Below, in pieces: positions 26,098-35,300 of a DNA stretch of 37,078 bases (the first letter of the stretch is position 1; each line of letters begins with the position of its first letter). The notes under the pieces are model-generated. The model searched no databases and was not told the DNA's origin. It was given only the letters and a program-made list of their open reading frames with translations. This DNA comes from an uncultured Victivallales bacterium (GTDB taxonomy: Bacteria; Verrucomicrobiota; Lentisphaeria; Oligosphaerales; JAFGRS01). Location of the stretch: positions 1-37,078 of the forward strand of contig CAIZKT010000239.1 of NCBI GenBank assembly GCA_903933565.1, in the 5' to 3' direction. The position numbers and the translations under genes were made by a program.

Positions 26098-28320
26098 CTA
26101 TACTCCCTTCGCCTGCCGGAAGTCGACCCGGCGCAGGATCTGCAACTGCAGGTAGGTGAAGCCCATCAGCATGCTGCCGAGGATCCAGGCGTACGCCGAG
26201 GCCAAACTGAAACGCAGGTTGACGTAGGCCTCCTGCCAGATGGCCAAGCTCATGACCATCGTTTCCTTGCCTGGGCCGCCGAAGGTGAGCAGGAAGATGT
26301 GGCCCATGGTCTGGAACGTGCCGATGAAGGCCCCCACAAAGTTGATCAGCACCAGCGGCGCGATGGTCGGTAGGGTGATGTGTCTGACCTTGCCGAAGAC
26401 GCCCAGGCCGTCGACGCTGGCGGCTTCGTAGAGGTCCTCGGGCACCGACTTCAGCGCGGCCAGGTAGATGAGACTGCTGATGCCAGCGCCGGCCCAGATG
26501 CCGGGGATGATGACGCAGGCCATCACCGTCGACGGATTGCCCAGCCAGTCGATGGGCTGAAACCCGAAGCGACCGAGCAGCCACAGCAGGAGCCGGTTGA
26601 TGGTGCCGGAGGCGGTGCCGACGTACATGTCCTTCCACATCAGGGTGACCACCAGTCCACTGGTCATCTGCGGCAGGAAGAAGAGCGTGCGGAAGAGGAC
26701 CTTCAGCCGTGGCACCTCGGCCAGCAGCAGGGCGAGGAAGATCGGCGTGAAGAAGGCCAGAAATAGGTTCCAGAGTACGAAGCGGAAGGTCGTGAAGATG
26801 TAATGGAAGAAGTTCGGGTCGGTGCCGATGGCGATGAAGTTGGTGAGCCCGACCAGGGCCGTCTTGCCCGCAATGCGGTAGTCCTGGAAGGCCATGACCA
26901 GACCGCGGCCCAGCGGGTAGTAGCCCCAGAGCGTGATCGAGACCAGGGCGGGGGCCATCATGATCCAGGGTAGCCAGCCCTTGTAGACGCCGGCCAGGCT
27001 CGGCTTGCGCCGGAGCTGGCTGCGGATGATCAATACCACCATCACCGCCATGAACGCGGCCATCGCGCCGACGATCAGGCGCGCCTTGGGCCGCAGCGCC
27101 TCGATCTGCTCGGGGGGGCGTTCGTACATGATCCCGGTGTTGGCATCCCGCTCCAGTTGCTGGAGTGCGGCCTTGTAGTCAAAATCCTTGCCGCTCGGCC
27201 GCAGCACCAGGTCGATCGCCTCCCGCTGGTAGTACTCGCGAAACTGCAGCCAGCGCCCCGTGAAGGGCTCCACAATCTCGAGGAATTTGCCGGCTTCGAT
27301 ATCGGCCCACAACTGCCGATTCTCGGGCGGCATCTGGCGGATGTAGTCGTCCAGTTCGAGTCGGCGCAGGTCCCGCGGATTCATGAACTTGGCCTGACCG
27401 GCGGCGACCTTCTGACGGATGACCTCTTCCTTGCCTTCGGGACTGGTGATCAGCGTCATGAGTTGCCAGACCCGGTCACGGTAGGCCTTGCGCGCCTCCG
27501 GCGTGGCGCCGCCGCGGTCGAGCACGTCCTTGCCGATCATGAAGAAGCAATTCGAGTGCTGCAGCACGGAGCGCTGGTCCGTGGTCATGGCGGGGAAGGG
27601 CATCATGCCGACGTCTTCCGGCTCGACCCCGGAGCTGGCAAACTCGGTCATGTCACCGGACCAGAGCGGGTACATGGCCAGGTCGCGCCCCATCCGTCGG
27701 ATGACCCGGTTGATCTCTTCGACGTTACACAACCGCAGGGAGCCTTCGACGACGTCCTCGGGCTTGAACGCGAGGGTCCGGCCCTGGTACGCGACCGCGC
27801 CGCGGGTGACGTCGGCAGGGGTCAGAGTGACCGGTTCGCCGGTCTCGGGATCGCGAATCCAGGGCTCCCAGCGCAACCGGTGATAGAAGCCGACCGCGGC
27901 CGTGCATTCCGGGCTGGCCACGTTGCAGCGCCAGGTGGGCGTGACGTTCTGCAGGTCTTCGTGCGTGTCCGGCGCGATGAACTCGGTATCCTGTTCGTTG
28001 AACTGGTAGACCTTCCCGGTTGTGGGGCTCTTGCGGTACTGCACGTTGATGCTGGAGCCGGTGGTGGCCACCCAGGGGGCAAACGACCAACTCGCCGAGA
28101 TGAACTCGACCTGGAAAACCTTGGTCTCAGGGTTGTAGAGCTTGCGGCACCAGCGCAGGTACTCGTCCCAGGTCTGCGGCGGCTGCATGGGGTCGAGTCC
28201 GGCCTTGCGCAGCAGCCGTTTGCTGTAGAGGATGCCGACGTAGGTGCCCTCGCTGAAGGGCAGGGAGTAGGGCTTGCCATCCACGGTGCAGACCAGGCGG
28301 AAGATCGGCTTGATCTTCAT
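26098..28320 (-). CDS. solute-binding-protein-like domain fused to a MalF-like ABC permease (740 aa as listed; probably the 3' part of a longer gene)
   Basis: The N-terminal roughly 400 aa look like an SBP family-1 domain (TVDGKPYSLPF, ILYSKRLLRKAGLDP). A TM segment follows, LIVGAMAAFMAVMVVLIIRSQLRRK. The permease core has the EAA loop LKSVPEDLYEAASVDGLGVFGKVRHITLPTIAP. Confidence 0.85.
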   Translation of the reverse strand: MKIKPIFRLVCTVDGKPYSLPFSEGTYVGILYSKRLLRKAGLDPMQPPQTWDEYLRWCRKLYNPETKVFQVEFISASWSFAPWVATTGSSINVQYRKSPTTGKVYQFNEQDTEFIAPDTHEDLQNVTPTWRCNVASPECTAAVGFYHRLRWEPWIRDPETGEPVTLTPADVTRGAVAYQGRTLAFKPEDVVEGSLRLCNVEEINRVIRRMGRDLAMYPLWSGDMTEFASSGVEPEDVGMMPFPAMTTDQRSVLQHSNCFFMIGKDVLDRGGATPEARKAYRDRVWQLMTLITSPEGKEEVIRQKVAAGQAKFMNPRDLRRLELDDYIRQMPPENRQLWADIEAGKFLEIVEPFTGRWLQFREYYQREAIDLVLRPSGKDFDYKAALQQLERDANTGIMYERPPEQIEALRPKARLIVGAMAAFMAVMVVLIIRSQLRRKPSLAGVYKGWLPWIMMAPALVSITLWGYYPLGRGLVMAFQDYRIAGKTALVGLTNFIAIGTDPNFFHYIFTTFRFVLWNLFLAFFTPIFLALLLAEVPRLKVLFRTLFFLPQMTSGLVVTLMWKDMYVGTASGTINRLLLWLLGRFGFQPIDWLGNPSTVMACVIIPGIWAGAGISSLIYLAALKSVPEDLYEAASVDGLGVFGKVRHITLPTIAPLVLINFVGAFIGTFQTMGHIFLLTFGGPGKETMVMSLAIWQEAYVNLRFSLASAYAWILGSMLMGFTYLQLQILRRVDFRQAKGV

Positions 28321-28790
28321 CCAGCCGTCCCACTTAGCCTGTCGGCGTCAATCTGGCCATTCTTGTCCGGGGTGCCCGCCGCGGTGAGCTTGGGCCGACC
28401 GTCGGCCAGCACCCCATCCTCGCCGATCCACTCCGTCAGCGGCACGGCTAAGTTCTGCGAGACCGCCTGCCGGATGTCCATCTCGAAGATGTCGGGGCCG
28501 CGGTTGCCGGCCATGGACATGCCCAGGCTCGCCGTCCAGGCGCCGCCCGGCATGCGCAGGCTCTCCCACTGCTTGAGATGGACATTGGGGTTCGCCGCGA
28601 AGAACTCACGGATCGTCTTGGGCTGACGGCCCTGCGCGTTGTAGCGCGAGGTGATCGAGATGTTGTACTCGACCGCCTGAGCCAGGGTGGCAGGCGCGGC
28701 CAGCACCAACAGGAAGGGGAGCAGGATCAGGGTCGGAAGCCGCCGCAGGTTCGCCGCCGCCGATCTCAGATGAGCACTGTTCCTGAGCAT
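28317..28790 (-). CDS. signal peptide plus N-terminal part of an SBP-like domain (157 aa); probably the 5' part of the 26098..28320 gene, separated by a frame change
   Basis: The N-terminus MLRNSAHLRSAAANLRRLPTLILLPFLLVLAAPATLAQA has an AQA-type cleavage site. The SBP-like sequence continues to LAVPLTEWIGEDG. The stop overlaps the next ATG as ATGA. See finding. Confidence 0.6.
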   Translation of the reverse strand: MLRNSAHLRSAAANLRRLPTLILLPFLLVLAAPATLAQAVEYNISITSRYNAQGRQPKTIREFFAANPNVHLKQWESLRMPGGAWTASLGMSMAGNRGPDIFEMDIRQAVSQNLAVPLTEWIGEDGVLADGRPKLTAAGTPDKNGQIDADRLSGTAG

Positions 28791-28890
28791 GTCATCCTTG
28801 CACGAGTTACCCCGCCGCGGCGGCTGTTGCGAGAAGCAGTCCGTACCGGCAGACAGTGTAGACCCTGGAGCTCAAGAATCAACACCGGAC

Positions 28891-30024
28891 TCAGTAGCGG
28901 CCGTAGGTGCGCGCCGTCTCGATCATCGCCTCGAGGTTGGCATCGGGGGTGTCGCGGCCGCATTGGTCGCCGGTGGAGAGGATGAAGCCGCCACCGGCGC
29001 CGGCATCGTCAATGGCCTGTCGAGAGGCGCGGACGACATCCTGCGGCGTCCCGCGCAGCATCACGTCCGTGGTGTGCAGGTTCCCCATCAGGCTGAGCTT
29101 GGCGCCGAACTCCCGCTTGAGGCGGCCCAGGTCGCAGTCGCCCATAGGAGGGACTTCCAGGGGGTTGATGTTGTCCAGGTCCGTTTCTTCGGCGCTGATC
29201 TTGACCAGATCGTACTCGGGGCCGCAGCAGTGGATCTGGCTGGGCATGCCGGCCTTGCGGCAGACCGCGGTGATGTCCTTCAGGGTCGCCAAGGCGAGTT
29301 CACGGAAGATGGGCGGCGGGTTGCTGAGCATGAATCCCGAGACGCCCACCAGGAGGAAGTCCATCTCCAGCTTGACCAGTGCCTCGGTGCGGCGCACGAT
29401 GGTCTGGCGCGCCTTTTCGCAGCGTTCGACCACCGCTTGGTGGTTATCGTAGTATTCGTACATCGACTCCGGAGCCAGCCCCAGGCCCGGCAACCAGACG
29501 CCGCCCCCGACGATGCCGGCTTCACCCATCAACTCGCGGGCTTTGGTGAGAGCGCTGGTGCCTGGGAAACTCGTGCGCGGCACGACGTCTTCCCACTGGT
29601 CTGGGTCAGCCCCCGTCAAACCGACCTTGGCTAAGGCGACACCCCCGGTGGGCGGATTGTCCGGGTAGTACACGTTGCAGGTCTTGGACCACTGCAACCG
29701 ACCGTTGATCTCGGCGTGCGTGCGGGTGATGATGAACTCTGGCGTGCGGGCCACGATGGCCTGCTGCCAGGCAGGACGGGCGGCGGCGTCTGCCGCCTCG
29801 TAGTCGAGAGTCACCGGTACGGAAGGCAACCAGCCGTCGAAGCCGAAGTGCTTGGCGCAGTGGATGTAGGCCTGCCACAAGGGCGGGTCCTGCCACAGAT
29901 AGATGTCCCAGAACGGCTTGCCCGTCAGCCGGCAGGGAATCATGTTCGAGGTGTCAGGGGCGACCGGCACACAGTCTGGCTGACCGTTCTTCATGGCGAT
30001 CAGCAGGCGTTCACGAGAGGTCAT
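28891..30024 (-). CDS. uroporphyrinogen decarboxylase (URO-D) family protein, MtaA/CmuA-like subgroup, 377 aa
   Basis: The ATG at 30024 is preceded by GGGAG. The opening MTSRERLLIAMKNGQPDCVPVAP and the C-terminal FILSTGDQCGRDTPDANLEAMIETA are typical of URO-D-fold proteins found outside haem operons. No other haem biosynthesis genes are nearby. Confidence 0.8.
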   Translation of the reverse strand: MTSRERLLIAMKNGQPDCVPVAPDTSNMIPCRLTGKPFWDIYLWQDPPLWQAYIHCAKHFGFDGWLPSVPVTLDYEAADAAARPAWQQAIVARTPEFIITRTHAEINGRLQWSKTCNVYYPDNPPTGGVALAKVGLTGADPDQWEDVVPRTSFPGTSALTKARELMGEAGIVGGGVWLPGLGLAPESMYEYYDNHQAVVERCEKARQTIVRRTEALVKLEMDFLLVGVSGFMLSNPPPIFRELALATLKDITAVCRKAGMPSQIHCCGPEYDLVKISAEETDLDNINPLEVPPMGDCDLGRLKREFGAKLSLMGNLHTTDVMLRGTPQDVVRASRQAIDDAGAGGGFILSTGDQCGRDTPDANLEAMIETARTYGRY

Positions 30025-30372
30025 CAGCGGCTCCCTGGTGCAGGTCTAACTTCGGGCACGGCAACGCCACGAGGGCCACGGTCATCCCAGGCGGCGACTT
30101 CCCGGGCGCTACGGATTCTCAGCCCGGCGCCTGGTCGAGCCCGTAGCCGTGCCGTATTCATGAGCCCCCAATCTACTGGTTTTAACCCCCTGTTGCAACG
30201 CCTCTATGCCAGTCAACCAATGTCACATAAACGTTCCACTTTCTGAGTTGCGGCACGTCTATGTACCAACGCCAGGAGCTTCACTCCCTCCTGGTGAAGG
30301 TCTGATACGATGGGTTCTAAGACATTTATGCGGAATAGGTAACATGTCTATTGCGGATTGAGTATAGGCGCT

Positions 30373-30388
30373 TGGCACGGCGCCTGCT
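30373..30388 (+). promoter_or_regulatory. sigma-54 (-24/-12) promoter candidate for glnA: TGGCACGGCGCCTGCT
   Basis: Matches TGGCACG-N4-TTGCW except for T to C at the first base of the -12 element. GG and GC have the correct spacing. It lies 83 nt upstream of the glnA ATG. glnA is a classic sigma-54/NtrC target in many bacteria. Confidence 0.5.
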
Positions 30389-30470
30389 ATACATCCTGAC
30401 AGTCGGGCCACTGCGGGGTGAACCGCAGTCCGTCAAACCGTCAGGAATCGAGCCAAGGAGACACACGGCG

Positions 30471-31910
30471 ATGTTCAAAAACGCGAAAGAGATCCTGGAG
30501 TTTGTGAAGAAGGAGGGAGTGCAGGCCGTGGATCTGCGCTTCATGGACTTCCCCGGTATCTGGCAGCACTTCACCATTCCCACCCATGAACTGGACGAGT
30601 CGGTGTTTGAAGCCGGTCTGGGCTTCGACGGCAGCTCCATCCGCGGCTGGAAGGCGATCAACGAATCCGACATGCTGGTGAAGCCGGTGGCCGAGACAGC
30701 CTTCGTCGATCCATTCTTCGTGCATAAGACCCTGGTCATGGTGTGCAACATCTGCGATCCCATCACCGGCGAGGACTACACTCGCGACCCGCGCAACATC
30801 GCCCGCAAGGCCGAGGCTTACCTGGCCGGCACCGGTATCGGCGACACGGCGTACTTCGGGCCGGAAGCGGAGTTTTTCATCTTTGACGACGTGCGCTTCG
30901 ATCAGAACCAGCACAGCGGCTACTACTTCATCGACTCCTCGGAAGGCGACTGGAACAGCGGTCGCAAGGAGAACCTCGACGCCAGTGGCCTGTCGCACAA
31001 TGACGGCTGCAAGATTCGCTACAAGGAAGGCTACTTCCCGGTACCGCCGGCGGACAGCCAGCAGGATATGCGCAGCGAGATGATGCTGACGCTGGAGCAG
31101 ATCGGCGTGCCCATCGAACGTCAGCACCACGAGGTGGCCACGGCGGGGCAGGCCGAGATTGACATCCGCTATGCCGCGCTGGTCGCCATGGGCGACATGA
31201 TGCTCAAGTACAAGTACGTCATCAAGAACGTCGCCAAGAAGTACGGCAAGACGGTTACCTTTATGCCCAAGCCGCTGTTCAAGGACAACGGCAGTGGCAT
31301 GCATGTGCACATGTCCATCTGGAAGAAGGGCCAGCCACTCTTTGCTGGGGATGGCTATGCCGGCCTGAGCGAGATGGCCCTGTACGCCATTGGCGGTCTG
31401 CTCAAGCATGCGCCCGCGTTGCTGGCGATCTGTAACCCGACGACCAACAGCTACAAGCGGCTGGTCCCTGGCTTCGAGGCGCCCGTCAACCTGGCCTACT
31501 CCAGCCGCAACCGGTCCGCCTCGATCCGTATCCCCATGTACTCGAACAACCCCAAGACCAAGCGCCTGGAATTCCGCTGCCCGGACCCGAGCTGCAATCC
31601 CTACCTGGCCATGTCGGCCATGCTCATGGCGGCCATCGACGGCATCCAGAACAAGATCCATCCCGGAGCCCCGCTGGATCGCGATATCTACGATATGAGC
31701 CCCGAGGAACTCTCCACCGTGCCGCATACGCCCGGCAGCCTGCGCGAGGCCCTCGAAGCCCTGCGTGCCGACCACCAGTTCCTGCTCAAGGGCGATGTCT
31801 TCACGCAGGACGTGATCGACACGTGGATCAGCTACAAGATGGATAATGACGTCAACGCCATGGCTCTGCGACCGCACCCGTGGGAGTTCAAGCTCTACTA
31901 CGACGTCTGA
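30471..31910 (+). CDS. glnA: glutamine synthetase type I
   Basis: The ATG at 30471 has AAGGAG 10 nt upstream. N-terminus [37 protein letters not shown]-site block [32 protein letters not shown] and [14 protein letters not shown] are present. A Tyr sits in the adenylylation-loop context [11 protein letters not shown]. 479 aa. Confidence 0.95.
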   Translation: MFKNAKEILEFVKKEGVQAVDLRFMDFPGIWQHFTIPTHELDESVFEAGLGFDGSSIRGWKAINESDMLVKPVAETAFVDPFFVHKTLVMVCNICDPITGEDYTRDPRNIARKAEAYLAGTGIGDTAYFGPEAEFFIFDDVRFDQNQHSGYYFIDSSEGDWNSGRKENLDASGLSHNDGCKIRYKEGYFPVPPADSQQDMRSEMMLTLEQIGVPIERQHHEVATAGQAEIDIRYAALVAMGDMMLKYKYVIKNVAKKYGKTVTFMPKPLFKDNGSGMHVHMSIWKKGQPLFAGDGYAGLSEMALYAIGGLLKHAPALLAICNPTTNSYKRLVPGFEAPVNLAYSSRNRSASIRIPMYSNNPKTKRLEFRCPDPSCNPYLAMSAMLMAAIDGIQNKIHPGAPLDRDIYDMSPEELSTVPHTPGSLREALEALRADHQFLLKGDVFTQDVIDTWISYKMDNDVNAMALRPHPWEFKLYYDV

Positions 31911-31937
31911 CGCCTCCCGGCATACTCGACCTCGATA

Positions 31938-32006
31938 GCGCGGCGGTGTAGGGCGACGAGCCGTTCTGCTGGCCAGCAGGACGAAGCGCGGCCTACACCG
32001 CCGTGC
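31938..32006 (+). terminator. long nested GC-rich hairpin 28 nt after the glnA stop (possible terminator or 3' UTR structure)
   Basis: The outer stem CGGCGGTGTAGG (31941..31952) pairs with CCTACACCGCCG (31992..32003) and can be extended by 3 further pairs including one G-U. The inner near-palindrome is GTTCTGCTGG/CCAGCAGGAC. No U-tract follows. Confidence 0.4.
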
Positions 32007-32327
32007 GCCGCGCTGGGAAGAGGCGGTTCGCCGCGGCGAACGCGGGTCAGTGGAACCGCCCCTGTACTTGCCTCTCCAAGCTGCGGGACGACACCTGCAC
32101 CGGTGGCTCTACCAAACGGGGGTTCTTGCAAAGCCCTTCTGAACGGGTATGCTTAGAGCCTCTCCTACCCCCGGCGTACGGCCTGCTGAAAAGGTACGCA
32201 CAACCCTGGCTGGGCGCCCGTGTCTGAGCCCTGTGTAGGGGCTTGTGGACGGGTTACGTCGGCGGGAGTTCTCCCCCAGGCCGGGGTGAGTACGGGTCCC
32301 TGGTGTCGAGCTTGCGAGGGCGTGACG

Positions 32328-35300
32328 ATGAAGAAGTGGCTGAAGCGGGTAGGTCTGGCACTGGCTGCCCTAGTGCTTGTGGTTGTGCTCTTGGCGGTCG
32401 TGGTCACGCGGTCCGGGTTCATCAACTCGGTGATCGTGCCGAGGGTCGGCAAGGCGCTGCAGACGGACATCCGCATCGGTTCCCTGGAGTTCTCGCCCTT
32501 CTCGCGGCTGCAGATGGGGGAGGTCCGAGTGGGGCCGGATGACGCGCCGCTGGTGCAGGGCAAACTCCTGCGCGTGCGCTACAGCTTGTTGAGCGCGTTG
32601 CGGGGACGGGTACGGGTCGATGAGATCCGGCTCGACGACACCGCGATCCACGTTGTGAAGCGCGCCGATGGTTCCATGAACCTGCCCGTCTTCCCGCCCA
32701 GCAAGACCCCTAAGGCTGAAGCCGAGGAGGAGGCGGACGACCTGAGCCAGGCCAAGGCGTCTAACCTCCGCATCGCCGACGTGCGGCTGTCGGGCCTCTC
32801 CTTCATCTACGAGCAGCGCCAGGGGCCGGGCCAGGAGCCGATCTCGGTCAAGACCTCGAATCTCTCGCTCGAGGTGCCCGAGGTGGTCGGCGGCCAAGAG
32901 GTCAAGCTAAAACTCGGTGGACAGATTGACGACTTGACCCTGGGCGGCGTCTCGGGGGTCAAGGGTACGGTGAGCGGCGACTGCCGCGTCGGGTTGCGGC
33001 CAAGCATGGCAGTCTCAGCGCTCGACCTGGTGGTGCGCATCGCGTTCAGCCAGGGCCGTGCGAACGCGCTCGATCTGGCGGGTCGCGAGGTGCGCCTGGA
33101 TGTCCAGATGGCCATGGAGAGCGGCGCCTTGGTCGTCCGGCGCGTGGCGCTGAGCGAGTTCATGGGAGACCGGCCGGAGGCCGCGCTGGCGCTCAGCGGC
33201 CGGGTGCAGTGGAAGCCCGCCGACGTGCAACTCGATGTGGTGGCGGACCCGATCGAGTCGGCCGTGTTCAGCCTCGTCGGGGCGCTACTGGGTGACGTGT
33301 CCTTCGGCGCGCCATCAGGGATCTACCGGGCCAAAATCGCCGTCCGGAGTCCGCAACGGCTGAGTCTCGACATGCAGCGCAATCAGGAACTGCCCTGGAC
33401 CATCGCAGCTACCGGTAAACTCGACCTGCGCTCGCTCAGTCCACGCTCGGAAAAGTGGGGCCTGCGTGACGTGGCCCCCTTCGATGCAAGTTTCGAGCAT
33501 GATGTGACCTGGCACACCGACAGCAAGACGCTCGATATCCGGCTCTTGACGGCCCGGGCCGGCACCCCGGAGCGCGAGATGCTCAGCGCCGCGCTGTCCC
33601 GGCCGCTCACGCTGGACTTCGCCGGCAAGACGCCGGCGGCGGCCCAGGCCGAGGCGGTGCTTGCACTCAAGGCTCGCGGCGTCGCGCTGAACACGGCCAA
33701 TCTGTTCCTGCCGCCGGGGCTGCCCCTGTCCGTGGCGGCTGGCAGCGTTGACGCCGACGCCGAGCTATCGGTGGCTCAACAAGGCGCGGCAGTCAGCCTG
33801 ACGGCCACGGTGCAGGTTGCTGACGCATTGCTGGCGGACCGCGTGGGCGGGTATGGCAAGCCCTTCTCGGTCGAGGCCCGAATCGGGGCAAAGGCCACGA
33901 ATCTGCGGCGCCTCGAGGCGGACGCGCTGACGATCTCCTTGCGCCCTCAGGGCGCCGCCGCGGCGGAACTGAAGGCCGCCGGACGCTTCGATCTCGACCA
34001 AGGCGGAGAGGGCACCGCCGCCCTCAGTGGCATTCGCGAGTCACTGCTCGCGCTGATCCCGGCCAGCCTGGGGTCGGCCCTGCCGCTGGAACGCTTCGCG
34101 CTGGACGGCGAGGTCCGCTGGCAGGCCGGGAAGGGCTTCCAGCCATTCACTGCCGATGCCGGCCTCCGTGTGGCCAATGCCCGCCTGCGCGGACAGAACG
34201 GCCCCGACGAACTCGCCCTCGCGCTGGCGCTCCAGGCGGAGACGAAGAAGGACGAGGTGGCGGTGCGCTCGGCGGCGCTGGAGGTCTCCGTGGGCGGCCG
34301 ACCTGTGGCGCAGGTGTCCGCGCAAGGAGCCGTGGGCCTGACTCCGGCCGCGGCGGCGGGACGGACGCTCACCCTGAGTTCCGACCTGCTCGACGTCGAC
34401 CGCCTGATGACTTTTGCCAAACCCCTGCTGAGCCCCCCGCCGCCCCGCGCTGGGCCGGTTGCCGCTGCCGTTACGGCCACCGCGGTCGCGGTCGCGGCGC
34501 CGCCCCCGCCGTCCCTGCCGCCGCTGAACCTGGCGGTGAACCTGGACTTCCGCAAGATCGTCTGCAACGGCCGCACGGTGGCGGTGGCGGGCACGGCCAC
34601 ATTGGCAGATGCCGCCGAACTCAAGTCTCTGGTGTTGCGGTTGCCGACGGGCAGTCTCACCGTCGATGCTCTGCTGAAGCCGGAAGGTGCCGACTGGCGC
34701 ACCCGTCTCTCGGTCTCCGCCGCAGGCGAGGCCCTGACCGAACTGGCCGCCTGGGCTGGCAAGACACTCCCCGGAAATCCCTTGCAGGGGACCACCCTGC
34801 TCGTGCGCTGGAATGGGACCGCGGCTCCCGATGCCTCCCGCGTGCGTCTTGATACCCTGGAAGTCAAGCTCTCGCAGGCGGGCCAGAGCCCCATGCTCGG
34901 GGTCGGCCTGGCGAAGCCCTTGACCCTGACGCGCTCCAAGGACGGAACCCTGACCTGGACCGATACCGAGCTCACCGTGACGGTCACGAAGTTTCCCCTG
35001 GCCATGGCGAACGTTGCCCTGCCAGCCGACTCCGGGCTGAGCCTCGATGGCGGTGCGCTCGATGCCGCGTTGGCGATCGGCCTGAAGGCGCAAACGCTGG
35101 GCGCCGCGGTGCGTGGCAACTTTACCCTCGAGGGTCTGGCTGGGCGCCGCGGCGAGCAGGTGTTCTCCGCCATCCGGGTCGAGGGTGCCGTGCAGGGCCA
35201 GGCGGAAGGCAAGGACCGGATCTCACTGTCCAAGCTGGCGGGAACGGTCTCGGCCGCTGGTAACCGTGCGCTGGCGTTCTCGGCGACGGCGGCATGGGAT

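Noticed and set aside
28317-28352. Programmed -1 ribosomal frameshift joining the two SBP/permease ORFs
   Set aside because: No X XXY YYZ slippery heptamer or obvious downstream pseudoknot is visible. An indel (real or from sequencing) is the simpler explanation.
30441-31877. 478-aa minus-strand ORF
   Set aside because: It lies exactly antisense to glnA, whose identity is unambiguous. It is a shadow ORF.
31911-32327. tRNA or other canonical RNA gene in the long spacer
   Set aside because: I could trace no GTTCGAATC-type T-loop or cloverleaf. Only palindromes are present. Anything beyond generic structure would need a covariance-model search.
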